From the NCBI RefSeq assembly GCF_018977255.1, contig NW_024704743.1, positions 69,690,001-69,754,000 on the forward strand: 64,000 nt of DNA, in the 5' to 3' direction. The translations under genes and the position numbers were made by a program. Shown piece after piece: positions 23,190-36,380 of the stretch; the stretch's first letter is position 1, and each line of letters opens with the position of its first letter. The stretch is from Callorhinchus milii (lineage: Eukaryota). The notes under the pieces are model-generated. The model saw only the letters and a program-made list of their open reading frames with translations, was not told the origin of the DNA and searched no databases.

Positions 23190-24657
23190 AGGGGTGACCG
23201 TGACACTGCTCACAGCACAGAGACAGCCCTGGTCAAAATGACAAATGACATTCTGTCCACCTGCAACCAGGGCTGTCTCTGTCCTCGTCCTTCTCAATAC
23301 TGTTGACCACTCTATTCTTCTCCACCACCTCTCCTCTCACCTCCATCTAAATGGTTCAAGTCTCACCTGAAAACATTCCTCTTCGACCGTGCTTATGGCC
23401 ACCTCCCCCACCCCCCCACTTCTCGGAGTCAGACTTCGCCACTGTTAAACACTCTGAGATGCTACCCTGGGTGGAGGGCGCTATATAAGTGCAAGTTGCT
23501 GTTGTTCTGTTCATGCCTGGTTCCAATCGTACCTTTCCTACAGTCTGCACTTCGTGGCCACCAACGGCCTCTCCTCTAGCCCCTGCTCTGTCACATGTGG
23601 CGTCCCTCAGAGCTCTGTCCTCGGTCCCCTCCTCTTCAATGTATACATGCTCCCGCTCGGCGATGTTATCTGCAGGCATGGGGTCAATTTCCACATGTAC
23701 ACGGATGACACCCAACTCTATCTCACACTTCCATCCTCGACTCCAGGACTGTTGATGTCCTGGCTAATTGTCTTGTCTGACATCAAGTCCTGGACGAGAG
23801 CCAACTTCCTCCAGCTCAATGTTGGCAAGACAGAAGCCCTCCTGCTTGGCTTCCAGCAGTGCCTTCTCACAGCAGCTGCTGACACTATCACCATTCATGG
23901 CTGCCCTCTTCACCTCGCTGAGCCAATCTGAAACCTCAGTGTCCTTTTCGACCCTCAGCTATCCTTCAAATCCCACATCCGTGCCGTGACCCATTCCGCC
24001 TTTCCACAACATTGCCCACCTCCGCCACTGCCTCTCACCGCAGAACACCGAGACCCTGATCCACTCTTTCATTATAACCCAGCTTGACGACACCAACTGC
24101 CTGCTCACTGGACTTCCCAACTCTTCACAAGCTGCAGATTATTCCGAATTCTGCAGCTCGTGTCCTCTCCCTCACCAAGCTCCAGGAACCTATCATCCTC
24201 ATTCTTGCCCAGCTTCACTAGCTCCCCATTCCTCAGAGAATTGAGTACAAAACTCTTGTTCTTACCTTCAAGGCCCTCCATGGTCTTCATCCCGCTCCGA
24301 CCTCATAACCCCATATCAGCCTGTCCACTCCCTCGGCTCGGCTGATACCGGCCTGCTTCAGATCCCCTGCACTTCCCGCCCCACCATTGGCGGTCTGGCA
24401 TTCAGCATCTCTGCCCCCACACTCTGGAACTCCATACCGCAATCCCTCCACCTCACCTCCACTCTTGCCTCCTTCAACTCCCGTCTGAAGACCTTCTTCT
24501 TCGATCGTTCCTTCAGCCACCCTCCCACCTCCAAACCCCTGCCCTCCTTCCTCTCTGACCCCAACTCCCAGCTTGGGTCCAAAACCCCTGATTGTCCAGC
24601 GCCCTGGGATGTCTTTCCAAGTGAAGGGCGCTATGCAAGTGCAATTTGTTGTTGTCA
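23190..24657 (+). mobile_element. L2 LINE RT and 3' end, with a nested short L2 tail at about 23356-23507
   Basis: [21 protein letters not shown]...YTDDTQLY; stem-loop tail plus (TTG)n at 24600-24656. Confidence 0.9.
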
Positions 24658-25940
24658 ATTATCAACGGTGCCTGGAGTGTTATGGACCTGCCTGGTTCAA
24701 GCTTTGGATCATCTAATCATCTAAGTTAAGTCCTCTGATTTCCCTTCACCAGGCACGTCACTGTGAAGACAGAGACCCACTGTAATCCTCTCCAGGAGCA
24801 TGGTTGGAGGGATTATTACTTCCAGAAAATGATTGCCAATCAACTAACCACTGGGTTCCTACTTACTGCTAGATAAACAGAAACGTGGACACACCATGGT
24901 TGTCATAAATGAACATCATGACGCATTCTGTAATTGGTTTGGATCTGACCAGGACTTTTGAATATATAGAAACTGGTGAATACTCAGATTCCATAATATA
25001 CAACGTAGGAGTTACTTTTTGTTTGTGAGCCACTCTGGGTTGATTTACACCGCATACAAGCTTGTATTGTTTATTTGGTTGTGAATCCTCAGTATATGTT
25101 GCCCTTGGGTGATAGATGCACCTCAAGTGCCTTCATTCTCGCAGCATTCATACGATAAGTGATTTCAGCTGTATTCGAGAGGAACGGATTGCCTTTTATA
25201 GGTTTTGTATAAAAATGACTGCAATTTCCAAAAATGAAGTCATTTATCTGCAAATGGACATTGTAGTAGAATATTTTTGAAAATAACACAGAGAGGTTGA
25301 ATTCTATGAGAATGGCTCCTGATTGCATTGGAGATGCCTTTCGCTACATTTATAATATACAACATATGTTGCTGAAAAACATTTGGAAGTATAACTTACA
25401 TGATGGAAGACTGTTTTGAAAGCCAAATTATATATGTCAAGAGGCTTTAAAACTGAGTACTCAGTCAATATTAAAGTACAGATTGATTCATTAATTAACT
25501 GTCACAGCAGGCCTGGAGAAAGGGAGAGAGACAAAATACACAGTTTAGAGAATTACTGTACCAAGTTGTTTCAAGAAGAAACTGCTGTTGAAACTACATT
25601 TTGAAACTGCCTAACTTTTGTATTTAGTTTCCTGTTATTTTATTTATTTTACTAAATCCTTTATATTCTTTTCTGGATACCAAGCTAATCTTCTTAGTGG
25701 ATCATCAGTTAAATTATAATTGGAAGATAAGCTGGGTGAGATATGAGACTGAGAAATGCATCCCTGTTTGTGAATTATCCATTCCAAGCCAGTTTCTGCT
25801 TGTCTAGTACCAAACAGAAAGCAATACAGCTGAAATGTGTTCGAGAGGAGCGATACTCAATGCAGCTGAAATTGGTAGCCACTTTAAGAATTAAGTGGGC
25901 TGTGGAGAGCATTCGAAAAAGCTAATGCCGGACAAATTAA

Positions 25941-27130
25941 AACAACAACAACAACAAGATTCCATTTATAGAGCGCCTTTCACATCGGGAGGACGTCCCA
26001 AGGCGCTGTACAGTTGGGTCAGGACCCGAGCATTGGGGGGAAATGGTCAGGGTGAGGGGAGGGAAGGGAGGGAGCGAGGAGGGGGTAGAGAGTTGAGAGG
26101 GGAGCTGAAGGCACAGTCGAAGAGAAAGGTCTTGAGACCGGCCTTGAAGGAGGAAAGGGAGGAAGCGGCGAAGGCACTGGGGGATAAAGTTCCAGAGCCT
26201 CGGGGCTGAGAGGCTGAAGGCCCGACCACCGATGGTAGGGCGGTTGGGGCGGGGGATGTGGAGCAGACCGGAGCCGGAGGAACGGAGGGTACGGGCAGGT
26301 ACGTAGGGGGATAGTAGGTCAGAGAGGTAGGAGGGAGCGAGGCCGTGAATGGCCTTGTAGGTGAGGATGAGGATCTTGAATTCGATCCTCTGGGGGATGG
26401 GGAGCCAGTGGAGGCGAGCGAGGGTGGGAGTGATGTGGTCCCGAAGTCTGGTGCGGGACAGTACACGAGCTGCAGAGTTCTGAATGACCTGCAGCTTGTG
26501 GAGGGAGGTCCGGGAAGGCCGGCGAGGAGAGAGTTCCCATAGTCCAGCCTTGAGGTGACAAAGGCGTGGACCAGAGTTTCAGCAGCGTGAGGGGTGAGGT
26601 AGTGCCGTAGTCTGGCGATGTTTCGGAGGTGATGGAAGGCGGTGCCAGTTGTGGCGCGGATGTGAGGAAGAAAGGACAGCTCAGGGTCGAACAGAACCCC
26701 GAGGTTCCTGACTGGTTTGAGAGGTAGAGAGTGCAGCCTTGGATGCTGATGCTGTCAGCGCCTGAGGTGCGGAGGCGCTGACGTGAGCCAATCAGGAGGG
26801 TCTCAGTTTTGCGCACGTTGAGCTGAAGAAAGTTGTCTCTCGTCCAGGACTCGATGTCGGACAGGCAGGCTGTCAGGACATCAGTGGTCGTGGAGTTGAG
26901 GGTAGTGGAGGAAAGGTAGAGTTGGGTGTCATCCGCATACATGTGGAAGTTAACTCCATGTCTGCGGATGATGTCACCACAGGGGGAGCATATAGAGGGT
27001 GAAGAGGAAGGGACCTAGGACAGAGCTCTGAGGGACACCACACGAGACAGTGCGGGGGCTGGAGGAGAAGCCATTCGTGGAAACATAGTAAAGACGGTGG
27101 GAGAGGTACGACCTAAACCACTTAAACCAC
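25941..27130 (-). mobile_element. Young L2 LINE, 5'-truncated
   Basis: YADDTQLY RT; (CAA)n tail on the + strand; nearly identical to 32033-32831. Confidence 0.95.
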
Positions 27131-27514
27131 TCAAGGACAGTTTTTAATAACCCATTGACATTGACATATCAATGGGTTAGTAAAAAATAAAGAAGTGTCC
27201 CACCGAACATTTGCACTAGTCTCAGTGAGTCTGTTTTAAATCAATATTTTGTTTCCAGTTTTTTCATGATTGAATATTTCTTGATTTATGGCATAAACCA
27301 AGAAATATTCAATCAAAAAAATTTATACAGTGTGGGTGCAAAAACACATTAAATAGGTGAATGGGATTTGAGAGTTTACTGGATACTGAATTCAAAGGTA
27401 AAGAAGGTATGTTAAATTTTATATAACATTTGGCTACATTGAATTACATAGACTGAACAGCTCTGAAATATTCGGCCCAACTGGTCTGTCCCAGTGTTTT
27501 TACTCAACATGAAT

Positions 27515-27905
27515 CGTTCCTCTGGCTCCGGTCTGCTCCACGTCCCCCGCCCCAACCGCCCTACTATCGGTGGTCGGGCCTTCAGCCTCTCAGCCCCGAG
27601 GCTCTGGAACTCCATCCCCCAGTGCCTTCGCCTTGCTTCCTCCCTTTCCTCCTTCAAGGCCGGTCTCAAAACCTTTCTCTTTGACCGTGCCTTCAGCTCC
27701 CCTCTCGACTCTCTTCCTCCTCCTCGCTCCCTCCCTTCCCTCCCCTCACCCTGACCATTTCCCCCCTCCTCTCTCCCTCCCTTCCCTCCCCTCACCCTGA
27801 CCATTTCCCCCCTGCTCGGGTCATGACCCAACTGTGCAGCGCCTTGGGACGTCCTCCTGACGTGAAAGGCGCTCTATAAATGGAATCTTGTTGTTGTGTT
27901 GTTGT
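27515..27905 (+). mobile_element. Young L2 3' end
   Basis: Same subfamily as 25941 and 32033; internal tandem duplication in the 3' UTR; (TTG)n tail. Confidence 0.95.
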
Positions 27906-30099
27906 ACTTATTCTATCATACCCTTCTATGCATTTTTCCCTCGTATATAATCCTTGCATTTGATACAGCGCTTTATCATAAAAAATGGGAAGTTCCAGAC
28001 GATAGATTGGATAGGTATTTCAAGAGGAATTTAAGTAAGTACAGTACAGAGAAAGAGCAAGCATTTGGGATTAGCATGGTAAAGTATCAATGGGTTAAAT
28101 GTCTTCATGGGCTGTCATTTCTATGATTTTATTTAGAACAGACATTTTACGTAAACTAAATAAGTATTTAATTATATTCTTGAAAGAAATTGCTTACTAT
28201 AAATAATGTATACAATAAAAAATGTCAACTGGGTAATGCACAAAATAGAAAACTCACTCTCTGCATCAGCAGAATCATTGTACGCATTCTATGATTTGCT
28301 CTAAACTAGCACCTAGGGAACAGGCTGCATTGAAAATATAACCATTCACAATAGCATACCAAGAACTGTGTATGTGCTTCAAAACATTAACTTCCCTAAA
28401 TGATTCCACCACATGCCTTGCAGAGTATTTCTATGAGTGATATTTTATGACATTGTTTTTTAATCTGTTTTGCACAAGCCCTCTGAGGGATGCTTCTTTG
28501 TTTTTTTTGCCCTACGTCAAGCATGACAATCAACATTCCTGTCTGTTTTGAGAGGCTTTACATTCAGTTTTCCAACCAGAGAGAGGACCTGTCAGATTAA
28601 CAGCAGATGGTCAAGTTGACTATTTAGGGCTGTGCACATCATTTTGATACTATTGGTGTCAATGCTGATCATATTAATAAAATGAAAAGCTGCTAACCAG
28701 CCACATAGAATTATGATAAACAATATGTGGGCATGTTTCTGCAATGTGCCACAATCCTAAGCTTTAATGTCACAGCTCCATGGGATACAACTCAAAACTA
28801 TGGGGCTTTGGGGGCACTCATACAGCTGCTTTGAACATTGATTTCACTGATCTATATTCACTCTGCTTTCGATAGGTTATAAATCAGGTTGCAGAACTAA
28901 ATGCTGTCAAAGGCCTTTACAGTACTATTTACTGACCTCACGTTGACACAGCTTTTATTCACATGAAATTATTGATTGTTGGTTTTCATATTCACTGAGT
29001 TCTTATTGATATTCTGAAGTAAGAAAACCTCACACAAGGTTGTGTGAGATTTTAAATCATTATACGAATTCACAGTTTGAGCACAAATTTAAGATAATCA
29101 CATAAGATGTGATAAGGTGCTATATCAACTGTAAGGATTATTATTTATCATAAAAATAAATTCCACCTGTGTCTAGATTTACTTGTGTAGTATTTCAGAC
29201 AGCTCAGAATTTGACAAATTCTTAAATACAGCCTTAATTATATAGTTATATGTTTGTAAGTTCTTTTAAGTATTACAGAAAGTTAACACTTTAACAATTT
29301 TCGAAATCCTGGATGTTCTGAAATGCGACATAAGTAATAATTCTTACATTTAACATAGTGCCTTTCATGCTGGGAGGACATCTCAAAGCACTTCACAGGA
29401 TATATTTCAGTATAAATAGAATATATCTAGAACCAGATGGAATTTCTCACCAATTGTCTTTACACGGCGCTTGATGAAATAGCCTGGGAGGCACTGCTCA
29501 ATCAGTGTTGAGAAATGGATATTGTTCAGAAACATTTTGTGGAGCATGCAGTACACAGTACTTACCTAAGTGCACCAGGGCCAAAATGGATAAACATGAA
29601 AAGAAAAAGGGAGGTTAATAAAGAAAGGCAGAAAGATTTACAAAGCTTGTAGGAAGAGAGAGAAACAGTGAACTGACTGCAATACTATAAAATAGGTCAT
29701 GAGATAGATTAGAGGAGGTAAGAAAGGGCTTGAAAGGGACAAAGCACCAGATGCAGAGCATAAATCAAAAGAAATTATTTCAATAATATAGCAGCAATTA
29801 TAGAATACATTAAAATTCTAAGACCTAAAATGGTATTTTAAAAAAAATAAAAGCACAGTGGGAGACAGTAAGCATATTCAATGAGCACGTCTTGGAGATT
29901 TGTATCAGGGAGCCAACCAAAATTGTCATTGAACATTCAGCATGCTTATGTCAGATCCAGGACTTTGACTTTAGCAAAACAAAGGTTCTGAATTGATTCA
30001 ACAGGGTTGAAAACAGCTTAACAGTGGGAAACCATAAGGCATAGGATAACTACTCTTCCAAAGGCAAAACCCTATAGGAGAGACTCCTTTACAAAATAC

Positions 30100-30470
30100 A
30101 GTCCTGTAGCTTAGTGGTTAGAGCACTCGCCTTGCAATCGAGAGACCGGGGTTTGATTCCCTGCAGGGCGAAACATTGGGCAAGGTTCCTTACTCCACAC
30201 ACACCTGTTTATCTAGCAGTAAATTGGAACCCGGTTATTAGTTAAATGGCGGAATGCTTTTCCGGGGAAAATAATTCCTTTGAATTTTTTTTTTAAAAAA
30301 TTGGTCACTCAATCCAAGACTGCTTGAGGGACACTGCTGTGCGCAATTGGCTGCCCCATTTCGCCCACAGAATATACAGTCAATTCACTTTAAATGTATT
30401 CTGTGAAGTGGTTTGAGACATCCCAACAGCATGATGAGGCACTATGTCAAATGCAAGGATTATTATTATT
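30100..30470 (+). mobile_element. tRNA-headed SINE, long subfamily
   Basis: Head, central segment, Deu-like part and (ATT)n tail. Confidence 0.92.
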
Positions 30471-30674
30471 AGTCAGTGGACAATGAGGGTAAGACTGGCT
30501 ATGTTAGGAAGGAACTATATTACTATCAATCTTTGAAAATGATATTTCACTGGAGAATAATTATACATATGTTCTTAAAAAAACCTTTCAAGATTCAAAC
30601 AAATCCTGTAAGATTCAAACACCTCAGCAATAATAAAATATTCATATTTAAATCAAAAGGTCAGAAGACAGTAA

Positions 30675-31290
30675 CAACAACAATTTTACATTTATATAGT
30701 GTCTTTCACGTCATATGGACATCTCAAAGATGCTTAGAGCCTGAACTGGCGATGTGGGAGCTGAGGAAGGTAGGGTGAAAGGCTGACCAAAATCACAGTC
30801 AAAAAGAAGGATCTTAAAACAGGCTTTCAAGGTGGGGAAACTGGGTGTGAGGCAGAGGGGACATGAAGCAGGTTGATGTTTGCTGAGCAGAGGTGGCAAC
30901 CCAGGATGGAAGGGTTGCACGAGTTTACAGATAAAGTGTGGGGTGAGGCTCTGGAGGCATTTGAACATGAGGGCAACAATCTTGAATTTGAACTGGAGAA
31001 TTGGGAGCCAGTGGAGCTGAGGGAGGATATGGCTCATGGAACCTGGTGTGAGAGAGGGCATGAGCTGTAGTGTTCTGGTTGATCTATAGCTTGTGCAGGG
31101 AGGAGCTGGGGTTTATGTTCAGAAAGGTATTCGAAAAGTCTGGCCTGGACGTGATGCCTGCGAAAGTCTTGGCGTTTTGGGGTGGGACAACATAATGGTG
31201 GATGCAGGTGGAAGAAGGTCTCTCAGCCTATCTGATATCAATCTTCCACCATCCATCCTGGGGTTTATTTACCTTTGTGGGAGCCTCAGC
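30675..31290 (-). mobile_element. Old L2 3' fragment
   Basis: LHWLPI.QFKFKI motif and a degenerate tail. Confidence 0.75.
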
Positions 31291-32032
31291 ATCTCGGTTG
31301 AACCAAATAAACATTTCACAATGTTTATTTGGTTCTTTTTTTTCTTATCCTTTTCCACAATTTTAAATGTGCCCCTCTAGTTGTAATTTAATGAATTATG
31401 TTCTGTTGTGAAAGGGAAAATAAAATAATGAATTAAAAATGCAATTTTACAAAACAACTTACACTTATATACAGTAGTGTCTTTCAAGTCCGGAGAATGC
31501 CCCAAAGCGTGTGATATTATTATTACTCTGGAACTGTATTATAAAGTGCAGAAAAAAAGATAGTGATCAGGGCACGTAATACAGTCTTACCACTAGATGA
31601 AGAGCTTGTTTCTGACATTGGTTCAATATTTCTCTTGCTCCTGAAATAAGTGGGCTTTTTTGGCTTTCATAAGGTTAATAAGGTTTTGAACAATCTAAAA
31701 ACAGCTTTGCTGGGAGAGATCTGTGGAACATGATAGCAGGAGACATTGAATTATTGCCAGTCACATTGGTGTTTTTGCCATTCATAGTTTTATCCGCAAA
31801 TGCAGTGCTGCACAAAGACAACAAGTTCCCACTGTGTGACACAGTTCCAGCTGTGTTATGTTTGGATTGCGGCTGTAAGAGAAATGGAAGCAGAGACATC
31901 TCAAATACAATTTGTTTACTTTACTTTCAAGAAACTATTTTTTCTGTTCAAGAAAGAAATACAAATATTAATGTTTCTTTGTGATAAATGATCCACACCA
32001 TTACTAAAGAACTGGTAAGGATATTTTCATGT

Positions 32033-32831
32033 GAGCATCCAAGGCTGCACTCTCCACCTCTCAAAACCAGTCAGGAACCTCGGGGTTCTGCTCGACCCTG
32101 AGCTGTCCTTTCTCCCCCATATCCGCTCCACAACTGGCACCGCCTTCCATCACCTCCGGAATGTCGCCAGACTACGGCACTACCTCACCCCTCACGCTGC
32201 TGAAACTCTGGTCCACGCCTTTATCACCTCAAGGCTGGACTATGGGAACTCTCTCCTCGCCGGCCTTCCCGCCACCTCCCTCCACAAGCTGCAGGTCATT
32301 CAGAACTCTGCAGCTCGTGTACTGTCCCGCACCAGGCTTCGCAACCACATCACTCCCACCCTCGCTCGCCTCCACTGGCTCCCCATCCCCCAGAGGATCG
32401 AATTCAAGATCCTCATCCTCACCTACAAGGCCATCCACGGCCTCGCTCCCTCCTACCTCTCTGACCTACTATCCCCCTACCTACCTGCCCATACCCTCCG
32501 TTCCTCTGGCTCCGGTCTGCTCCACATCGCCCGCCCCAACCGCCCTACCATCGGTGGCCGGGCCTTCAGCCTCTCAGCCCCGATGCTCTGGAGCTCTATC
32601 CCCCAGTGCCTTCGCCGCCTCCTCCCTTTCCTCCTTCAAGGCCGGTCTCAAGACCTTTCTCTTTGACCGTGCCTTCAGCTCCCCTCTCGACTCTCTACCC
32701 CCTCCTCACTCTCTCCCTTCCCTCCCCCTGACCATTTCCCTCCTGCTCGGGTCCTGACCCAACTGTACAGCGCCTTGGGACGTCCTCCGGACGTGAAAGG
32801 CGCTCAATAAATGGAATCTTGTTGTTGTTGT
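32033..32831 (+). mobile_element. Young L2 LINE, 5'-truncated
   Basis: VRNLGVLLD...TLVHAFITSRLDYGNSLL...LHWLPI; tail followed by (TTG)n. Confidence 0.96.
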
Positions 32832-32984
32832 GAGTCATTGAGAGATCGTTTTATTCTTTGTATGTCAAAGTTGAGTTAGAGACAAGCGGCTAAAAATGCA
32901 TGAAAGTGACTCAACGACGGGTGTCTGAAACATGCATACGTACAATAAACGTGGATGAATTATTATTATGAATGTTGTTTTATC

Positions 32985-34251
32985 TCTTGCCTAACAAATC
33001 TAATAGAATTTTTTGAAGAGGTGACTGCGAGGATTGATGAGGGAAATGCGGTGGATGTTATTTACATGGATTTCAAAAAGGCTTTTGACACAGTACCGCA
33101 TAAGAGATTAATAAAAAAATTAGAGGCCCATTAAGGGGACAGTGGCAGTTTGGATTAAGAACTGGCTGAGTGACAGAAAGCAGAGGGTGGTGGTTAATGG
33201 GTGTTTCTCGAAATGGAAGGAGGTGTGCAGCGGTGTCCCCCAGGGATCGGTATTGGGACCACTGCTCTTTCTAATATATATTAATGATCTGGACTTGGGC
33301 ATAGAGAGCACTATTTCCAAGTTTGCAGATGATACAAGTTAGGTGGGGTAGCAAATAGTGAGGAGGACTGTAACCAACTGCAAGCAGACATACACAGAAT
33401 GGTGGAATGGGCTGACATGTGGCAGATGGATTTCAATGTGGATAAGTGTGAGGTGATACACTTAGGTAGGAAAAATGATAGGAGGCAATATAGACTTGGT
33501 AGCTCAATCTTAAGGGGGGTGAACGTACAGAGAGATCTGGGTGTTCAAGTAAGCGAATCATTAAAGGTAGTGGGGCAGGTAGATAAGGCAGTAAAAAAGG
33601 CATTTGGTGTACTGAGCTTTATTAGTAGGGGCATAGAGTATAAGAGTAGGGAGGTTATGGTTAATCTATACAAAACACTGGTTAGGCCTCAGCTGGAGTA
33701 CTGCGTCCAGTTCTGGGCACCTTACTCAGGAAGGACATTAAGGCACTGGAAAGGGTGCAGAGGAGATTCACGAGAATGATACCAGGAATGGGGAACCTTA
33801 GCTATGAGGACAGGCTGGAGAAGTTAGGACTTTTCCCATTAGAGCAGAGAAGGTTACGCGGGGACCTGATAGAGGTCTTCAAGATCATGAAAGGTTTCGA
33901 CAGGCTAGATAAGGAAAAGCTGTTTCCGCTGGTAGGTGTGTCTGTGACCCGTGGTCACAGTCTTAAGATATCTACCAAAAGAAGCAGAGGGGAGGTTAGA
34001 AGAAATTTTTTCACTCAGCGAGTTGTTCGAATTTGGAATGATCTGCCTGAAAGGGTAGTGAAGTCCGATTCGATAACAGCTTTTAAGAGAGAACTGGATA
34101 GGTATCTGGGGAAGACGGGTTTGCAGGGTTATGGGGAGAAAGCTGGTGATTGGAGTTAGTGAAAGTGACTTGCTCTGTCAAAGAGCCACACAGACTCGAT
34201 GGGCCGAATGGCCTCCTTCTGTGCCGTAACATTCTATGAATCTATGAATCT
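32985..34251 (+). mobile_element. CR1 LINE RT and 3' end
   Basis: [36 protein letters not shown]; (TCTATGAA)-type tail. Confidence 0.96.
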
Positions 34252-34941
34252 CGGTTTTATGTTCTCCATGTGCGAAAATTGTTGTAAAAATTTGAGAAAA
34301 ATGGCAAAAAAATTCATTAAAAATAATCATCAATGTTTTCTGACAAAAATCAGAGAAACAAAAATTGATTTTCACCAACCTTACTTAACAAGTCAATTAT
34401 AGTTATCCTAGCAGATCTGAGCTTAAATGGCATAGCATCTTATACCATTTTAAAGCACGAGTATTAAGACGATTGAATCTTGCTTAAGAAAGCATGAAGA
34501 GTAAAAACATGTTTATTAAATTCAAAATAGATGGCTTTGCAAACTCTGTTTACTCTCTATTTTATCGATGCCATTAGTTACATTGGTAGTGCAGCATTTA
34601 AGACTAAAGGGATATTCCCAATACCTTCTTGGAAGCTCCTCCTGGCATAAATGTTTAGGCACTGTAACAGAACAACAGGATGAGTGGTATTAATGTTTTA
34701 GTATGCCTGCAGCTCTTTCTGGGGAAGACAACACAACTCTACTTTGAGAAGATGCTCTCTGAGGTCCAATACTTGATCATTCCCTGGCAATGTAAAGTAT
34801 CTCTGTTCTCATAAACCCGTGGCCTATGGTAAGTTTTTTTTTCAACAAGGCCTAAACCTTGACATTAATCCTCTGACCACTTCTACAAAGACTTTACATC
34901 ATCAGTAGGATAAAGGGCTCAATTCACATGGTAGGACTTCA

Positions 34942-35310
34942 GGAGTCTAAGTGGTTAGAGTGTTCGCCTCACAAGCAAAAGACCTGGGTTCGATTCCCAG
35001 GCAGGGCAAAACATTGGGCACGTTTCCTTACTCCACACACCTCTAACATAAGTAGAAACCCGGATGTTAGTTGATTGGCAGATCACTTTTTCCAGGATAA
35101 TAATTCCTTCAAAAAAAATAATAATGTTAATAAATTGGTCACTCAAACCACGACTGTTTGTGGGACACTGCTGTGTGCAATATGCTGCCCCGTTTCATCC
35201 AGTGCCTTAATGTCCTTCCTGACAGTATATTCTGTGAAGAGCTTTCAGACGTCTCAAAGACGTGATAAGGCGTTATATCAGCTGCAAGGATATTTATTAT
35301 TACTATTATA
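34942..35310 (+). mobile_element. tRNA-headed SINE, long subfamily (diverged)
   Basis: Head, central segment and tail are all recognisable. Confidence 0.85.
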
Positions 35311-35949
35311 TTAGGTCATTGCAGGAATAAATTTGCCAATTTTAATGAGTCTGCTCAAGTTTACTGCATTTCATTCCATTTGCTAACAATAGCAAACTGA
35401 ATAAAATAGCTTCCAATGCCTCAAAGATATGGCAGAAAGATAACAATGTAAACAATCAGAATGCATTAGACCTCAATGTTTTATTGTTATTGTGAACTTA
35501 TAAAAAATAAAGTGCCATGAAAAAAGACACAGCCATTACCCAAAAGTGCTGCAGTCATTCAGCTTCCTCACTGGCCCTACGTAATATAATATGTCATTGA
35601 ATGGAAAAGTACATAGAAGCGCAAGTGTCATCCTCTCTGGAGAATTAACATTGTTTCACATGAAGGAAACATATTACATCCTTCCTGGAGTCATTCATAA
35701 CTCACGTACTGAAGCACAATTCCAGTTGAAAGTGATCAATAGCTGCATGCAACATTTTCTATTGAAAAACAAACTGTTCAGTCACTGTTTAATAGTAAGC
35801 AGCCTATAGACTGTTTACCATAACACATTCATTATGTTAAATTGTAGTATCCTAAATGTATGTTAATTTTATACTTCGAAGAGAGTGAAGATTTCTCATA
35901 GCATTCAGGTTAAAGGAATGCTCTTGGATAAGAGTCAAGGGGCTTATGT

Positions 35950-36380
35950 ATAATAATAATAATAATCCTTACATTTGGCATAGCTCCTTTCACATCACTT
36001 CAGGACAATGACCCAAAGTACTTCACAAGATTGGAGTGACTGTATGTCTTGGTTAACACAACAGCCCAACTGTACACAACAATGTTCCACAAACAGCCAT
36101 GAATTATCAATTTTTTTTGGGGGGGTGGGGGGATAATTGTTGGTCAGGAAACGTGAGAAACTCCCTTCTTTCTTCAAGAAGTGCTACGGAATATTTTTTT
36201 AACTACCTACAAGAACAGGCCAAGAGGACCTCGGTTTAACATCTCATCTGAATGGTGTCACCTCTGACAATGCACAGCATTGGAGTGTCATCTTAGACTA
36301 TGTGAGTTCAGTGTAGGGCTTGAACCCACAACTTTCTGACTCAGAGGCAAAAGTGCTACCAATTGAGCCAGGCTGACACG
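35950..36380 (-). mobile_element. Old Deu-domain SINE
   Basis: Reverse-complement tRNA head (GGGCTTGAACCC) and Deu core. Confidence 0.8.

Noticed and set aside
29024..29053. Palindrome CTCACACAAGGTTGTGTGAG as a T-box dimer site
   Set aside because: Half-site spacing and bases differ from the Brachyury palindrome, and one short palindrome in 64 kb is plausible by chance.
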